A DNA stretch of 62,190 nt from a virus (IMGVR_UViG_3300031787_000118:1-62190); one strand, 5' to 3'. Counted from the first letter of the stretch, positions 8,525 through 16,378 are shown. Numbers and translations are program-made. Notes: generated from the sequence alone by a model not told the origin.

Positions 8525-9026
8525 AACTCATTAAACTATCAAGTAGTTGAATAACTAATTCAATATTATTAATAGATTTAAAATCACCAAGTAATAAATT
8601 TATTTGCTCACCATAGATTTCTACAAATTCTGCAAGTGTGTTAAAATAATGTGGAAGCATTTCCCATTTTAGTATTAAATTGTAGAATGCTGTAACCATT
8701 TCTTCATTGTATTCTATATCCCAAGTAATCATTCCTGTACCTGAATCTATTCTTTGCTCGTGTTTTGTAATAATTTTTGGGCCATATTCATTATATTTAA
8801 AATCCCAACTACCACCTGAAAACACTAATACATTTCTAATCTTAGAATATTCTAAATCTAAATAACATAATTGTTCTGATATTAAATATAAAAGTTCTGT
8901 TGCTTTAGTTACAACATAAGGAGCATAATGTAATCCCTCTGCATTTTTATAAGTAATTAAAAAGTTTTGACATAGCATAAAAATATTTGTTTTATAATGA
9001 ACTAATCTTTTAAAAAATATGTTCAT
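8523..9026 (-). CDS. Hypothetical protein
   Basis: 167-aa ORF. Confidence 0.6.
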   Translation of the reverse strand: MNIFFKRLVHYKTNIFMLCQNFLITYKNAEGLHYAPYVVTKATELLYLISEQLCYLDLEYSKIRNVLVFSGGSWDFKYNEYGPKIITKHEQRIDSGTGMITWDIEYNEEMVTAFYNLILKWEMLPHYFNTLAEFVEIYGEQINLLLGDFKSINNIELVIQLLDSLMS

Positions 9027-9055
9027 TTTTATAAATTAAAAATTGATAAAAATTG

Positions 9056-9164
9056 ACAAATGTCAATATGAAATAATACTTTACTCCCTTCCCTTATATA
9101 TTGGTAAAGGAGAGAGTCCAGAGAGAGGAAACCCCTGTAAAGTTTTTTTCATATTGACATTTGT
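9056..9164. repeat. 109-bp element bounded by a perfect 18-bp inverted repeat
   Basis: ACAAATGTCAATATGAAA (9056-9073) and its exact reverse complement (9147-9164), with a purine/pyrimidine-skewed interior. Confidence 0.8.
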
Positions 9165-9166
9165 GT

Positions 9167-9448
9167 TTAATAATCAAATTCAGTATCAAAAATATCAATT
9201 AAATATTGTTTAAAATCTTCATAAGATTTAAACTCATTCACATTTCCATCCCTTGTTACTGCAATAACTTTAATAAAATCTCCTACACTTGTAGGCCCTG
9301 ATTTTAATTGTTCATGAAATACAGTTACAAGAATATGATGTGGAAAATCTTTAAAACTTAATGCAACTGTATCCATTGCTTCAGTTTTATAAGTTTCATA
9401 AGAACACCATCCAATTTTAGGGAATTTGATTGATAATATATATTGCAT
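9167..9448 (-). CDS. Hypothetical protein
   Basis: 93-aa ORF. Confidence 0.6.
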   Translation of the reverse strand: MQYILSIKFPKIGWCSYETYKTEAMDTVALSFKDFPHHILVTVFHEQLKSGPTSVGDFIKVIAVTRDGNVNEFKSYEDFKQYLIDIFDTEFDY

Positions 9449-9503
9449 AATTTGTTTATATTTAAAAGTTTACAATAAGAGAGCTAATTAAAGCTCTCTT
9501 TTT

Positions 9504-9794
9504 TTAGTTTTCTCCGTAAGCATTATCACAATTAGAACATAACCATTTACAATATGTATTTAGTTCTGTTTTCTCTTCACTTTCACAAAAAGGGCAAGTT
9601 ATATCATTTTCATCAGTAACTATATCCCAACCTACATCTTCATTGTTATCAAGCCATTTTTCAAATGCTTCTTGTATTTGTTCTTCAATGGTGCCGTTGT
9701 CTTCATATAGTTTTACTTCAACTATTTCTTCAGTATAACCTGCATTACACCAAAAATTAACTTTGATAGTTTCAGGCATTTTTTCATTGCTCAT
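9504..9794 (-). CDS. Acidic protein with C-terminal Zn-ribbon
   Basis: CPFC...CSNC motifs; very acidic. Confidence 0.65.
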   Translation of the reverse strand: MSNEKMPETIKVNFWCNAGYTEEIVEVKLYEDNGTIEEQIQEAFEKWLDNNEDVGWDIVTDENDITCPFCESEEKTELNTYCKWLCSNCDNAYGEN

Positions 9795-9806
9795 AATTAT
9801 ATAGTT

Positions 9807-10007
9807 TTATTTGTTCCATTTCTTTTTATATCTTGTAATAAAGTCAATTGGAAACTTAGAACTCCAACCACAAGAACAAGTAAATTGTTCAATTTGTGGA
9901 CTCCAAGTAGTTCTTGGATTTCTATGTTTACAATTGTCATTACCACAATAAGGAGAGTAATTTTCTACTTCCATTAAGTTTTGTCTTACAATTGAATCTT
10001 CACTCAT
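9807..10007 (-). CDS. Small Cys-rich (Zn-finger-like) protein
   Basis: YSPYCGNDNC...FTCSCGW. Confidence 0.65.
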   Translation of the reverse strand: MSEDSIVRQNLMEVENYSPYCGNDNCKHRNPRTTWSPQIEQFTCSCGWSSKFPIDFITRYKKKWNK

Positions 10008-10022
10008 GTTTAAATAAATTTA

Positions 10023-10054
10023 AAAGAATAACTGTATTTCTACAGTTATTCTTT
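10023..10054 (-). terminator. GAAA-loop hairpin
   Basis: Minus strand AAAGAATAACTGTA-GAAA-TACAGTTATTCTTT (14-bp perfect stem). Confidence 0.65.
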
Positions 10055-10060
10055 GGTTTG

Positions 10061-10420
10061 TTATTTGGATATATTTAAAGTTGCATGTGGAAATGCAATG
10101 CAATCAACTAATAGTTTTTGTAACCAAGGAATGAATTGTTCTCTTGTTCCCCAACCATTAGATGCTGAAAATACATTGAATTTTTCAGGATGATTTTGCA
10201 AATTTTGTATTGCTTCAGTTAATGGAGCAATTAAAGCACCTGCTTTTGTATCATAATCCATATCCCATAAAATACCACAACCTGATTCTCTTGCCATATC
10301 TCTAAGGTTATGAGTAATGTTATGTTCAAATATGGTTTCATAAGTTCCTATTTCACAATGTCCACAATTAGGACATTGATGTGTTTGTACAGGCATTGTA
10401 CCATAAATATCTAAACTCAT
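10061..10420 (-). CDS. Conserved-looking hypothetical phage protein
   Basis: MSLDIY...CPNC...NITHNL..MA...LW...NGWG pattern, recalled from other phage early proteins. Confidence 0.7.
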   Translation of the reverse strand: MSLDIYGTMPVQTHQCPNCGHCEIGTYETIFEHNITHNLRDMARESGCGILWDMDYDTKAGALIAPLTEAIQNLQNHPEKFNVFSASNGWGTREQFIPWLQKLLVDCIAFPHATLNISK

Positions 10421-10482
10421 AGCTTTATTATTTAGTTAAATTAAAAAATAAAAGAGAATCCTTGTTAGGGATTCCCTTATGA

Positions 10483-10761
10483 TTAGTTGATAAATTCAAT
10501 TGAGCCATCATCAGTTCTGATAATATATTTTTTAACTCTATGGTAATTGTTTCCTGATATTTGACATCTACCATTTGTAAAAAATCTAAAAGTTTCCCAA
10601 TTACAATCTCCATCTGCATCAGGTTCAGTACTCCATGCACAAGTGAAAGATTCATCTTCTTGTGTTTTAGTAAATTTGTCAAAGTTTTTAGCAAGTTGAG
10701 ATTTAATTTCAACTGCTTTTGCTATTTGTTCTACTGTATAATTTACATTTGTTTGTAGCAT
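10483..10761 (-). CDS. Hypothetical protein
   Basis: 92-aa ORF with an ATG start; preferred over the overlapping frame 10428-10712. Confidence 0.6.
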   Translation of the reverse strand: MLQTNVNYTVEQIAKAVEIKSQLAKNFDKFTKTQEDESFTCAWSTEPDADGDCNWETFRFFTNGRCQISGNNYHRVKKYIIRTDDGSIEFIN

Positions 10762-10818
10762 GTCTTTAGGTTTTAAAAAATAAAGAAAAAAGAGAGAGTT
10801 GTTACACTCTCTCTGAAA

Positions 10819-11181
10819 TTAGTTTACAGTTGTTCCTTTAGGTATGAACACTTTGTATGAAACACTTGCATTGTGATTATTCACAATGAACTGTTTTCCT
10901 TGTGAGATAACAGTATTGTTTTCATTAACTACAGTTGCAATTGGTGTTGCAGTGTTAGCAACTTGTTGAGTAGCTACAGTGCCACCATTAGTGCTAACAT
11001 AGGTTTCAACAATGATTCTGCTACCTTTTGCTTCTACAACTTGTACTTTACCCTCTAACTTGAGGGTAACTGTAGGTGTTGCTACTACAGTTTTGTGAGT
11101 AGCAACAGTATTTTGTGCATAAGTTGACAAATGAAGACAAGTCAACAACATGATTAGGATAAGAGTGAGTACAGCTTTCAT
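10819..11181 (-). CDS. Secreted/periplasmic protein (signal peptide)
   Basis: MKAVLTLILIMLLTCLHLSTYA-Q signal peptide and a Thr/Val-rich beta body; first gene after motif copy 3. Confidence 0.7.
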   Translation of the reverse strand: MKAVLTLILIMLLTCLHLSTYAQNTVATHKTVVATPTVTLKLEGKVQVVEAKGSRIIVETYVSTNGGTVATQQVANTATPIATVVNENNTVISQGKQFIVNNHNASVSYKVFIPKGTTVN

Positions 11182-11211
11182 GATAAGTGAGTATTATAAG
11201 TTTGTAATAAA

Positions 11212-11246
11212 TGTCAAGACTAAGTTGGGGTGGATAGGTAAGGGAT
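11212..11246 (-). promoter_or_regulatory. 35-bp repeated early-region motif, copy 3
   Basis: Plus strand TGTCAAGACTAAGTTGGGGTGGATAGGTAAGGGAT. Confidence 0.65.
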
Positions 11247-11249
11247 AAA

Positions 11250-11610
11250 TAAAAAATAAATAATCAAGCTCCCTTTATTCGATGACTCGGCTGTGGATTT
11301 AAGTGTGTACAGCTTAGTACACTTGATTATTTAAAAAACTATTAACAGAGCATACATTATTTCATTAAGATAAAGTAGAGAATATAGTCTTCCAACTGAC
11401 ATCACTCACAGTAGCAATTTTCTTCTAAACAATTGTGCACCATTGCTTAGTTACTTCTTGTTGTACTGCATCAGTTTTCACAAACTGATTGTATCTTAAT
11501 TAGTATGTTGTTAATAGTTAACAATGCTTTTAAACCAAGTGCATTGTAAATTCGTCTTGTCATAATTATGCGCCTTCTTTCGGAAAGCAGGGTTTTATGA
11601 GTCTACCCTG
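11250..11610 (-). ncRNA. Putative multi-domain structured ncRNA (about 350 nt)
   Basis: ORF-free interval between motif copies 4 and 3. It has a 5' hairpin pair with pseudoknot potential, a multibranch domain 11338-11518 with a GTGA tetraloop, and a closed domain 11260-11330 followed by a T-rich tract. Confidence 0.55.
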
Positions 11611-11643
11611 TCAAAACTTAATGGGAGTGTGAAGGGAATGGAT
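11609..11643 (-). promoter_or_regulatory. 35-bp repeated early-region motif, copy 4
   Basis: Plus strand TGTCAAAACTTAATGGGAGTGTGAAGGGAATGGAT. Confidence 0.65.
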
Positions 11644-11672
11644 TAATAGAAATAAAAAAGTAAAATACTCTT

Positions 11673-11855
11673 TTATTTATCTAATTTAATAAAAGACATC
11701 CAAATGAATATTAGACCAAAAGAAATGCCTAAATACATTTGTATGAAGTCACCTATTTTTTGGTCAACATAAGTTTGTGGTATAAATGCCATGATTATAA
11801 AACTTATACCTACAATGAAAGGTATAAGTTTGAGCATGATGAATGATAGTTTCAT
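11673..11855 (-). CDS. Small two-TM membrane protein
   Basis: 60 aa with two hydrophobic helices. Confidence 0.6.
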   Translation of the reverse strand: MKLSFIMLKLIPFIVGISFIIMAFIPQTYVDQKIGDFIQMYLGISFGLIFIWMSFIKLDK

Positions 11856-11935
11856 AATAGTGTGAAATGTGATAGGTTAAATAAAAAGAAATACTATACC
11901 TTACGGGATATAGTATTTCAATGGTTTGTGATTTG

Positions 11936-12205
11936 TTAGAGTGTGGTTAAGGTTGTGAGTCCTGCACCTTCTGCTACATTGATAAGACATGCAGATTCCA
12001 TAATAGGATTGCCTTTCTTATCAAATTCACTACAGATGAATGAGAGATTACCTTTAACATCAATGTCTTGTTGACATTTGAGTGCGGTATCTTCATCGAC
12101 AATGACAAATAGTTTGTCTGTCTTTGGGTTTTTCACAACTTTAATTTCTGTCACACCAAAGTGTGCTTTGACCTGAGCCACTGAGAAGAATTTTACATCA
12201 GCCAT
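11936..12205 (-). CDS. Small early protein resembling a conserved crAss-like family
   Basis: IKVVKNPKTDKLF motif recalled from crAss-like early proteins; first gene after motif copy 5. Confidence 0.7.
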   Translation of the reverse strand: MADVKFFSVAQVKAHFGVTEIKVVKNPKTDKLFVIVDEDTALKCQQDIDVKGNLSFICSEFDKKGNPIMESACLINVAEGAGLTTLTTL

Positions 12206-12240
12206 GATAGTAGAGTATTAAATGGTTTAAATTAATTTAT

Positions 12241-12275
12241 TGTCAAAACTAAAGGGAAGTGGAAAGGGAAAGGAT
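12241..12275 (-). promoter_or_regulatory. 35-bp repeated early-region motif, copy 5
   Basis: Plus strand TGTCAAAACTAAAGGGAAGTGGAAAGGGAAAGGAT. Confidence 0.65.
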
Positions 12276-12364
12276 ATTTATGTGCCAAGAAAAGAAAACA
12301 TTGGAGCAAAGGTGGGGGTATGAAAATCAAATTAGAAAAGGGTGGGGTTTTATTAGAGGGGAAT

Positions 12365-12493
12365 CACACATTAACTATTTCTACAACTTCTAAAAAATTT
12401 TATAAAAAATCCACACATCAACTATTCACATAACTCCTAAAAATTTTATAAAAAATAAAACACACTATCTCCTAAAATTATTTTCAAAAAAAT
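12365..12493 (+). repeat. Imperfect tandem direct repeats (about 46 bp x2 plus a shorter copy) at the strand switch
   Basis: CACACATTAACTATT...CTAAAAAATTTTATAAAAAAT / CACACATCAACTATT...CTAAAAATTTTATAAAAAAT / CACACTATCTCCTAAAATTATTTTCAAAAAAAT. Confidence 0.7.
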
Positions 12494-12539
12494 CTGAACC
12501 TTTTTTCAGTTTAATTTCTTACTTTGTTATTACTTTTTT

Positions 12540-12547
12540 TATCTTTG
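12540..12547 (+). promoter_or_regulatory. Bacteroidota -7 promoter element (TAnnTTTG)
   Basis: TATCTTTG 14 nt before the first plus-strand ATG. The upstream TTTG at 12523 is closer than usual spacing. Confidence 0.45.
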
Positions 12548-12561
12548 TAAAAATTATAATC

Positions 12562-12924
12562 ATGAAACCATTAAGCAAGAAATTAACACTTGAGCCAAAT
12601 CAGTATTATATTGTGCATTTATCTATTGTTAATGCACTTATCCCTGTTAAACTAACACCTAAAGAGATAGAGGTGTTAGCTTGTTTTATGTCACTTAAAG
12701 GTGACATAGCTAAAGATAGATTTGGAGCTACTGCAAGAAAGTTTGTAAAACAAACTCTTAACTTATCTGATGGTGGATTAGGAAACTATCTTAAAAGTTT
12801 AAAAGAAAAGAAGTTTATCTCTGATGCAAATGAGATACTTTCTGCATTAATGCCAAGTGAAGATAAACAAGAATATTTAATTCAACTAATAAACAAAAAA
12901 GATGGCAAGGAATCCATTAGTTGA
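12562..12924 (+). CDS. Winged-HTH DNA-binding protein
   Basis: LTPKEIEVL...VKQTLNLSDGGLGNYLKSLKEKKFI pattern. Confidence 0.7.
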   Translation: MKPLSKKLTLEPNQYYIVHLSIVNALIPVKLTPKEIEVLACFMSLKGDIAKDRFGATARKFVKQTLNLSDGGLGNYLKSLKEKKFISDANEILSALMPSEDKQEYLIQLINKKDGKESIS

Positions 12925-13261
12925 AAGATACTATAGTAAGGTTAAGGATAAATATCCACAACTAAATGAATCTGAATTTCATGATGCTATTAATTCTACT
13001 TTTAGGTATTTTAAAAAGAAGATGGGAAGTGAAGATTTACCTGATGTTAGATTAAAAGGATTTGGTAGTTTTCAGATATTTGCAAAACCTGTACTTTCAG
13101 GTATAAGAAGATTAGAGGAAAAGATTAGCACTTATAGACATTTTAATCACCCTGTTGAAAATTATGAATGTTTTCAACAATTACAAAACTTAAAAAATTA
13201 TGTTGAAAAGAATCCCTTATTATTTGATGCAGCTTATAAGAGGAGAAAGAAAGTGGATTGA
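12902..13261 (+). CDS. HU/IHF-like DNA-binding protein
   Basis: DVRLKGFGSF motif after two helices. Confidence 0.65.
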   Translation: MARNPLVERYYSKVKDKYPQLNESEFHDAINSTFRYFKKKMGSEDLPDVRLKGFGSFQIFAKPVLSGIRRLEEKISTYRHFNHPVENYECFQQLQNLKNYVEKNPLLFDAAYKRRKKVD

Positions 13262-13553
13262 TGTTTGGTATTTCTTTCAAGGTCATTACAGGGAGAAGTT
13301 GTATTATTCAAGATGGAAGTTCTTAATGAGAAAACATATCAAGGAACAATTTGAAATGAGATTAGAGTTAATGGATAGAGAGTGTTACAACAATGGACAA
13401 TGTAAGATTTGTGGTTGTGATATTCCTGCACTTACCCTTTCTAATAAATCTTGTGAAGGTGAATGTTATCCTGCATTTCATAATAGAAAAGATTGGAAAC
13501 AAATAAGAGAACATTGGGTTGATATTAAAAATGAAATCAATAAAAACAAATAA
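13200..13553 (+). CDS. Cys-rich (Zn-binding) hypothetical protein
   Basis: CYNNGQCKICGC...CEGECYP; start uncertain. Confidence 0.65.
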   Translation: MLKRIPYYLMQLIRGERKWIDVWYFFQGHYREKLYYSRWKFLMRKHIKEQFEMRLELMDRECYNNGQCKICGCDIPALTLSNKSCEGECYPAFHNRKDWKQIREHWVDIKNEINKNK

Positions 13554-13851
13554 TATGTGGAACACAACAACTTATGATTTTGGAGATGCTAAAAAAGGTA
13601 CAGTAGTCATTGCTGAATTTGAGTATCAAGGAGATAAAAAGATTACTGAAATTAAAGCAGGGTGTGGTTGTACTTTAGTAGATTACAAAGAAGGGAGTAA
13701 TGTCATTAAGGCAACTTATGATGTTCCTGCTATTGCATCTCATTTAAAGGATACACAAACTAAGCAACAAATTGTTAAAAATCTAACTATTACTTTTAGT
13801 GATGGCACTACTCAAGTATTGTACATTAAAGGTTTCATTATTAAATCATAA
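13519..13851 (+). CDS. DUF1573-like Ig-fold protein
   Basis: YDFG...FEY...IKAGCGCT signature; start uncertain. Confidence 0.7.
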   Translation: MILKMKSIKTNNMWNTTTYDFGDAKKGTVVIAEFEYQGDKKITEIKAGCGCTLVDYKEGSNVIKATYDVPAIASHLKDTQTKQQIVKNLTITFSDGTTQVLYIKGFIIKS

Positions 13852-13856
13852 TTATC

Positions 13857-14654
13857 ATGTTAAGTAAAAGCTCAAAAGGAGAAAGTGTAATTCAACTACA
13901 AGTAGCACTTAGAGAAGTTGGATTATATAAGGAAACTATAGATGGTTTCTTTGGAGATAAAGTGCAGAAAGCTGTAATGGATTTTCAAAAGATAGCAGGA
14001 TTATCTGTTGATGGAATTGTTGGACAACAAACTTGGAATGCACTTAATAACAAGACAGCAATTCTTTCTAATAGACTTTTGTATTTAATGATTCATTGTA
14101 CTGCATCTCGTGAAGGACAAGAATGGACTGCTGATAATATTAGACAAACTCACATGGGACCATGTCCTGTTCTTGTTAATGGTAAACCAACAGGAGAATG
14201 GATTTACAAAACTAAAAGGTACAAAACTAAAAATGATTTGCCTGATGAGTTAATTGGTGGAGTACATATTAGAAATTTACAAGGTAGAGGTTGGACTAAA
14301 CCAGGTTATCATAAGATGATTCATTTAGATGGTTCTACTTCTATTATTAATCCTGTTAATGAAGATTCAGTTATTGAAAGTTTTGAAGTTACTTTTGGTG
14401 CTTTAGCATTTAATAATAATTGTAGGCATATTGTGTATGTAGGCGGTGCAGAAAAAGTAAATTGGCAAATACCTAAAGATACAAGAACTAAAGGTCAAAT
14501 AGAATCTTTGAAAGAAGAAATACTTTATACTATTGAAATGCATCCTGATATTAAGGTGTTAGGACACAATCAAGTAGCAAATAAAGCTTGCCCTTCTTTT
14601 GATGTTCCAAAGTTTTTAAGAGAAATTGGTGTACCTGAAAAAAATATATTCTAA
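13857..14654 (+). CDS. Endolysin: peptidoglycan-binding domain + N-acetylmuramoyl-L-alanine amidase (Amidase_2)
   Basis: DGFFG...AVMDFQ...GLSVDGIVGQQTW (PG_binding_1); IHCTA, GYH, LGHN and KACPSF Zn-amidase motifs. Confidence 0.9.
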   Translation: MLSKSSKGESVIQLQVALREVGLYKETIDGFFGDKVQKAVMDFQKIAGLSVDGIVGQQTWNALNNKTAILSNRLLYLMIHCTASREGQEWTADNIRQTHMGPCPVLVNGKPTGEWIYKTKRYKTKNDLPDELIGGVHIRNLQGRGWTKPGYHKMIHLDGSTSIINPVNEDSVIESFEVTFGALAFNNNCRHIVYVGGAEKVNWQIPKDTRTKGQIESLKEEILYTIEMHPDIKVLGHNQVANKACPSFDVPKFLREIGVPEKNIF

Positions 14655-14776
14655 TGAGTTCAATAAACAAAGGTAAATCAATGCCTAAAAAATTAACATT
14701 AGATATGTTAAAAGCTTGGCTTACAGATATTTTTACAAAAAAGACTGAATTTTTAAGTAAAACAAATTACAAATGA
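14654..14776 (+). CDS. 40-aa microprotein
   Basis: MSSINKGKSMPKKLTLDMLKAWLTDIFTKKTEFLSKTNYK; coupled by TAATG upstream and ATGA downstream. Confidence 0.45.
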   Translation: MSSINKGKSMPKKLTLDMLKAWLTDIFTKKTEFLSKTNYK

Positions 14777-15303
14777 TTAATTATCTAATATTATCCGCAG
14801 CAATTTCATCTTTTTTAGGTAAAACTTTTACAGAGAAAAGAATACAAAAATTAGAAGTAAGTTCTGTTTGTTTTCCTGAAGGTGAGTATATGTTGTTAGA
14901 AAAGTCATGGAGATTCTTTCAAGGTTACTCTAATTTAAAATGGTATTATAAATTGTTTGGAAAGAAGTGGTTAAAAATACCTGAAGTTAGTTGTGTAAAG
15001 TTAAAAGAAGAATTATCTTTACACGAAGTTCAGAATGTACTTGATGATTGGACTGTTAATTACAACAATGATTGGTTAAGTAAAAACTTAGATGAAGAAT
15101 TAGAGTGTTTGTTTGAAGATATGTATGTACCTAATGGTAGTACAAAGTATGGGGTAGATGGAAGTACACATTCAATATGGTTTGGAGCTGTATCTCAAGA
15201 TAAATACTTTGATGGCACTTTTGAATTTTACATCAGTATAATGAAAGAAAGAATTAAAAATCAAGGATATTGTTGGACTCCTAAACAAGAAGATAATGGT
15301 TGA
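14773..15303 (+). CDS. Hypothetical protein
   Basis: 176-aa ORF. Confidence 0.6.
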   Translation: MINYLILSAAISSFLGKTFTEKRIQKLEVSSVCFPEGEYMLLEKSWRFFQGYSNLKWYYKLFGKKWLKIPEVSCVKLKEELSLHEVQNVLDDWTVNYNNDWLSKNLDEELECLFEDMYVPNGSTKYGVDGSTHSIWFGAVSQDKYFDGTFEFYISIMKERIKNQGYCWTPKQEDNG

Positions 15304-15850
15304 TATATTTGAGTTACATAATTCTTTTGTAAGACCAAAAGTAGAAGTTCTTTTAATATTTCCTTTTAAAGAAATATGGGAAAGAGATACTTCTAAACAT
15401 AAAGAAACTGCTATAAAAGAACTTTCTTATATTTATTTTATTGCTTCTCCTAAAAAATCAAATCCTTATGCAGGATATAAAGATGAAGTGAAAAGTGAGA
15501 ATATTATAAAAGGTTTATGGAAAGATGAAGAGTGGAATCCTGATTTATTTGTGCAAAAAGGAATTGAAGTTTATAGTAAATGGTTACAAGATGCTTCACC
15601 TTCAATGAGATATTACAATGCAGTTAAAGCAGGTATAGAACAAACTATTAACTTTTTTCAAAACATTGACTTTGAAGAAAGGACAGATAAAGGGGCACCA
15701 GTTTATAAGATTAGTGAAGTTATTCCTGCACTTAAATCTGCAAATGAGGTGTTAAAGTCAATGACAGAATTACAAGAAAGAGTTGAGCAAGAGTTATATG
15801 AAAGTTCCAAAACCAAAGCAGGTAAGGAAATAAACCATTTTGAAAAATGA
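15296..15850 (+). CDS. Conserved crAss-like protein upstream of terminase (possible small terminase)
   Basis: WERDTSKHKETAIKELSYIYF pattern and position two genes before TerL; function inferred. Confidence 0.55.
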   Translation: MVDIFELHNSFVRPKVEVLLIFPFKEIWERDTSKHKETAIKELSYIYFIASPKKSNPYAGYKDEVKSENIIKGLWKDEEWNPDLFVQKGIEVYSKWLQDASPSMRYYNAVKAGIEQTINFFQNIDFEERTDKGAPVYKISEVIPALKSANEVLKSMTELQERVEQELYESSKTKAGKEINHFEK

Positions 15851-16287
15851 CAAAAGATAAAACTAAACCATCAATAGGAGATTACTTTGAAAAGAGTACA
15901 ACATCTTCTAAACATCCTGAATCATGTTCTGCTTTTATTTCTAAATTGTTTAAAGCAAAAGAGGATGCCCACATTACTCATATTGAACAAAAGGTAAAGT
16001 CATCTGCAATACATGAAGCTTTAAGTATATTTTATACTTCACTTGATGGGTTGTTAGATACTTTTGCTGAAACTGTTATGGCTGTACATGGTCAATTGAC
16101 ATTGTCTTTTAGTGCTACAGGTATAAGTAATCCATTAGCTTATATGGAAAGTTTATACAATGAAGTAAATAAAGCTAAAACTATGTATAGTGAAACATGG
16201 ATTCTTAATCAAATTGATGAAATGTTACAACTTATTGCACATACTATGTATAGATTAAAATTTGTAACAGCTCAACCAATGCAATAA
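15847..16287 (+). CDS. Ferritin/Dps-like four-helix protein (DUF5856-like)
   Basis: HITH...HEAL..FY..L..LLDTFAE...NQIDEM...TMYRL. Confidence 0.7.
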   Translation: MTKDKTKPSIGDYFEKSTTSSKHPESCSAFISKLFKAKEDAHITHIEQKVKSSAIHEALSIFYTSLDGLLDTFAETVMAVHGQLTLSFSATGISNPLAYMESLYNEVNKAKTMYSETWILNQIDEMLQLIAHTMYRLKFVTAQPMQ

Positions 16288-16288
16288 T

Positions 16289-16378
16289 ATGTTTAAGCTT
16301 ATTAAAAAGTTAATCAAGAAAAGACCTAAAGAACTGAAAACTAAATCAGAAGTTAAAGCTAAAAATAAACATGAGTAA
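16289..16378 (+). CDS. 29-aa basic microprotein
   Basis: MFKLIKKLIKKRPKELKTKSEVKAKNKHE; fills the gap before TerL. Confidence 0.35.
   Translation: MFKLIKKLIKKRPKELKTKSEVKAKNKHE

Noticed and set aside
10428-10712. 94-aa alternative-frame ORF
   Set aside because: Almost fully overlaps 10483-10761, runs through a terminator hairpin and has shadow-like composition.
3422-12275. The 35-bp repeats as a CRISPR array
   Set aside because: Copies are degenerate, non-palindromic and separated by 0.4-5 kb, mostly of genes; no cas operon is present.
8338-12415. DnaA boxes (AAATCCACA at about 8338, 11292 and 12407)
   Set aside because: Two mismatches to TTATCCACA and not clustered; kept only as a shared word in the non-coding tracts.
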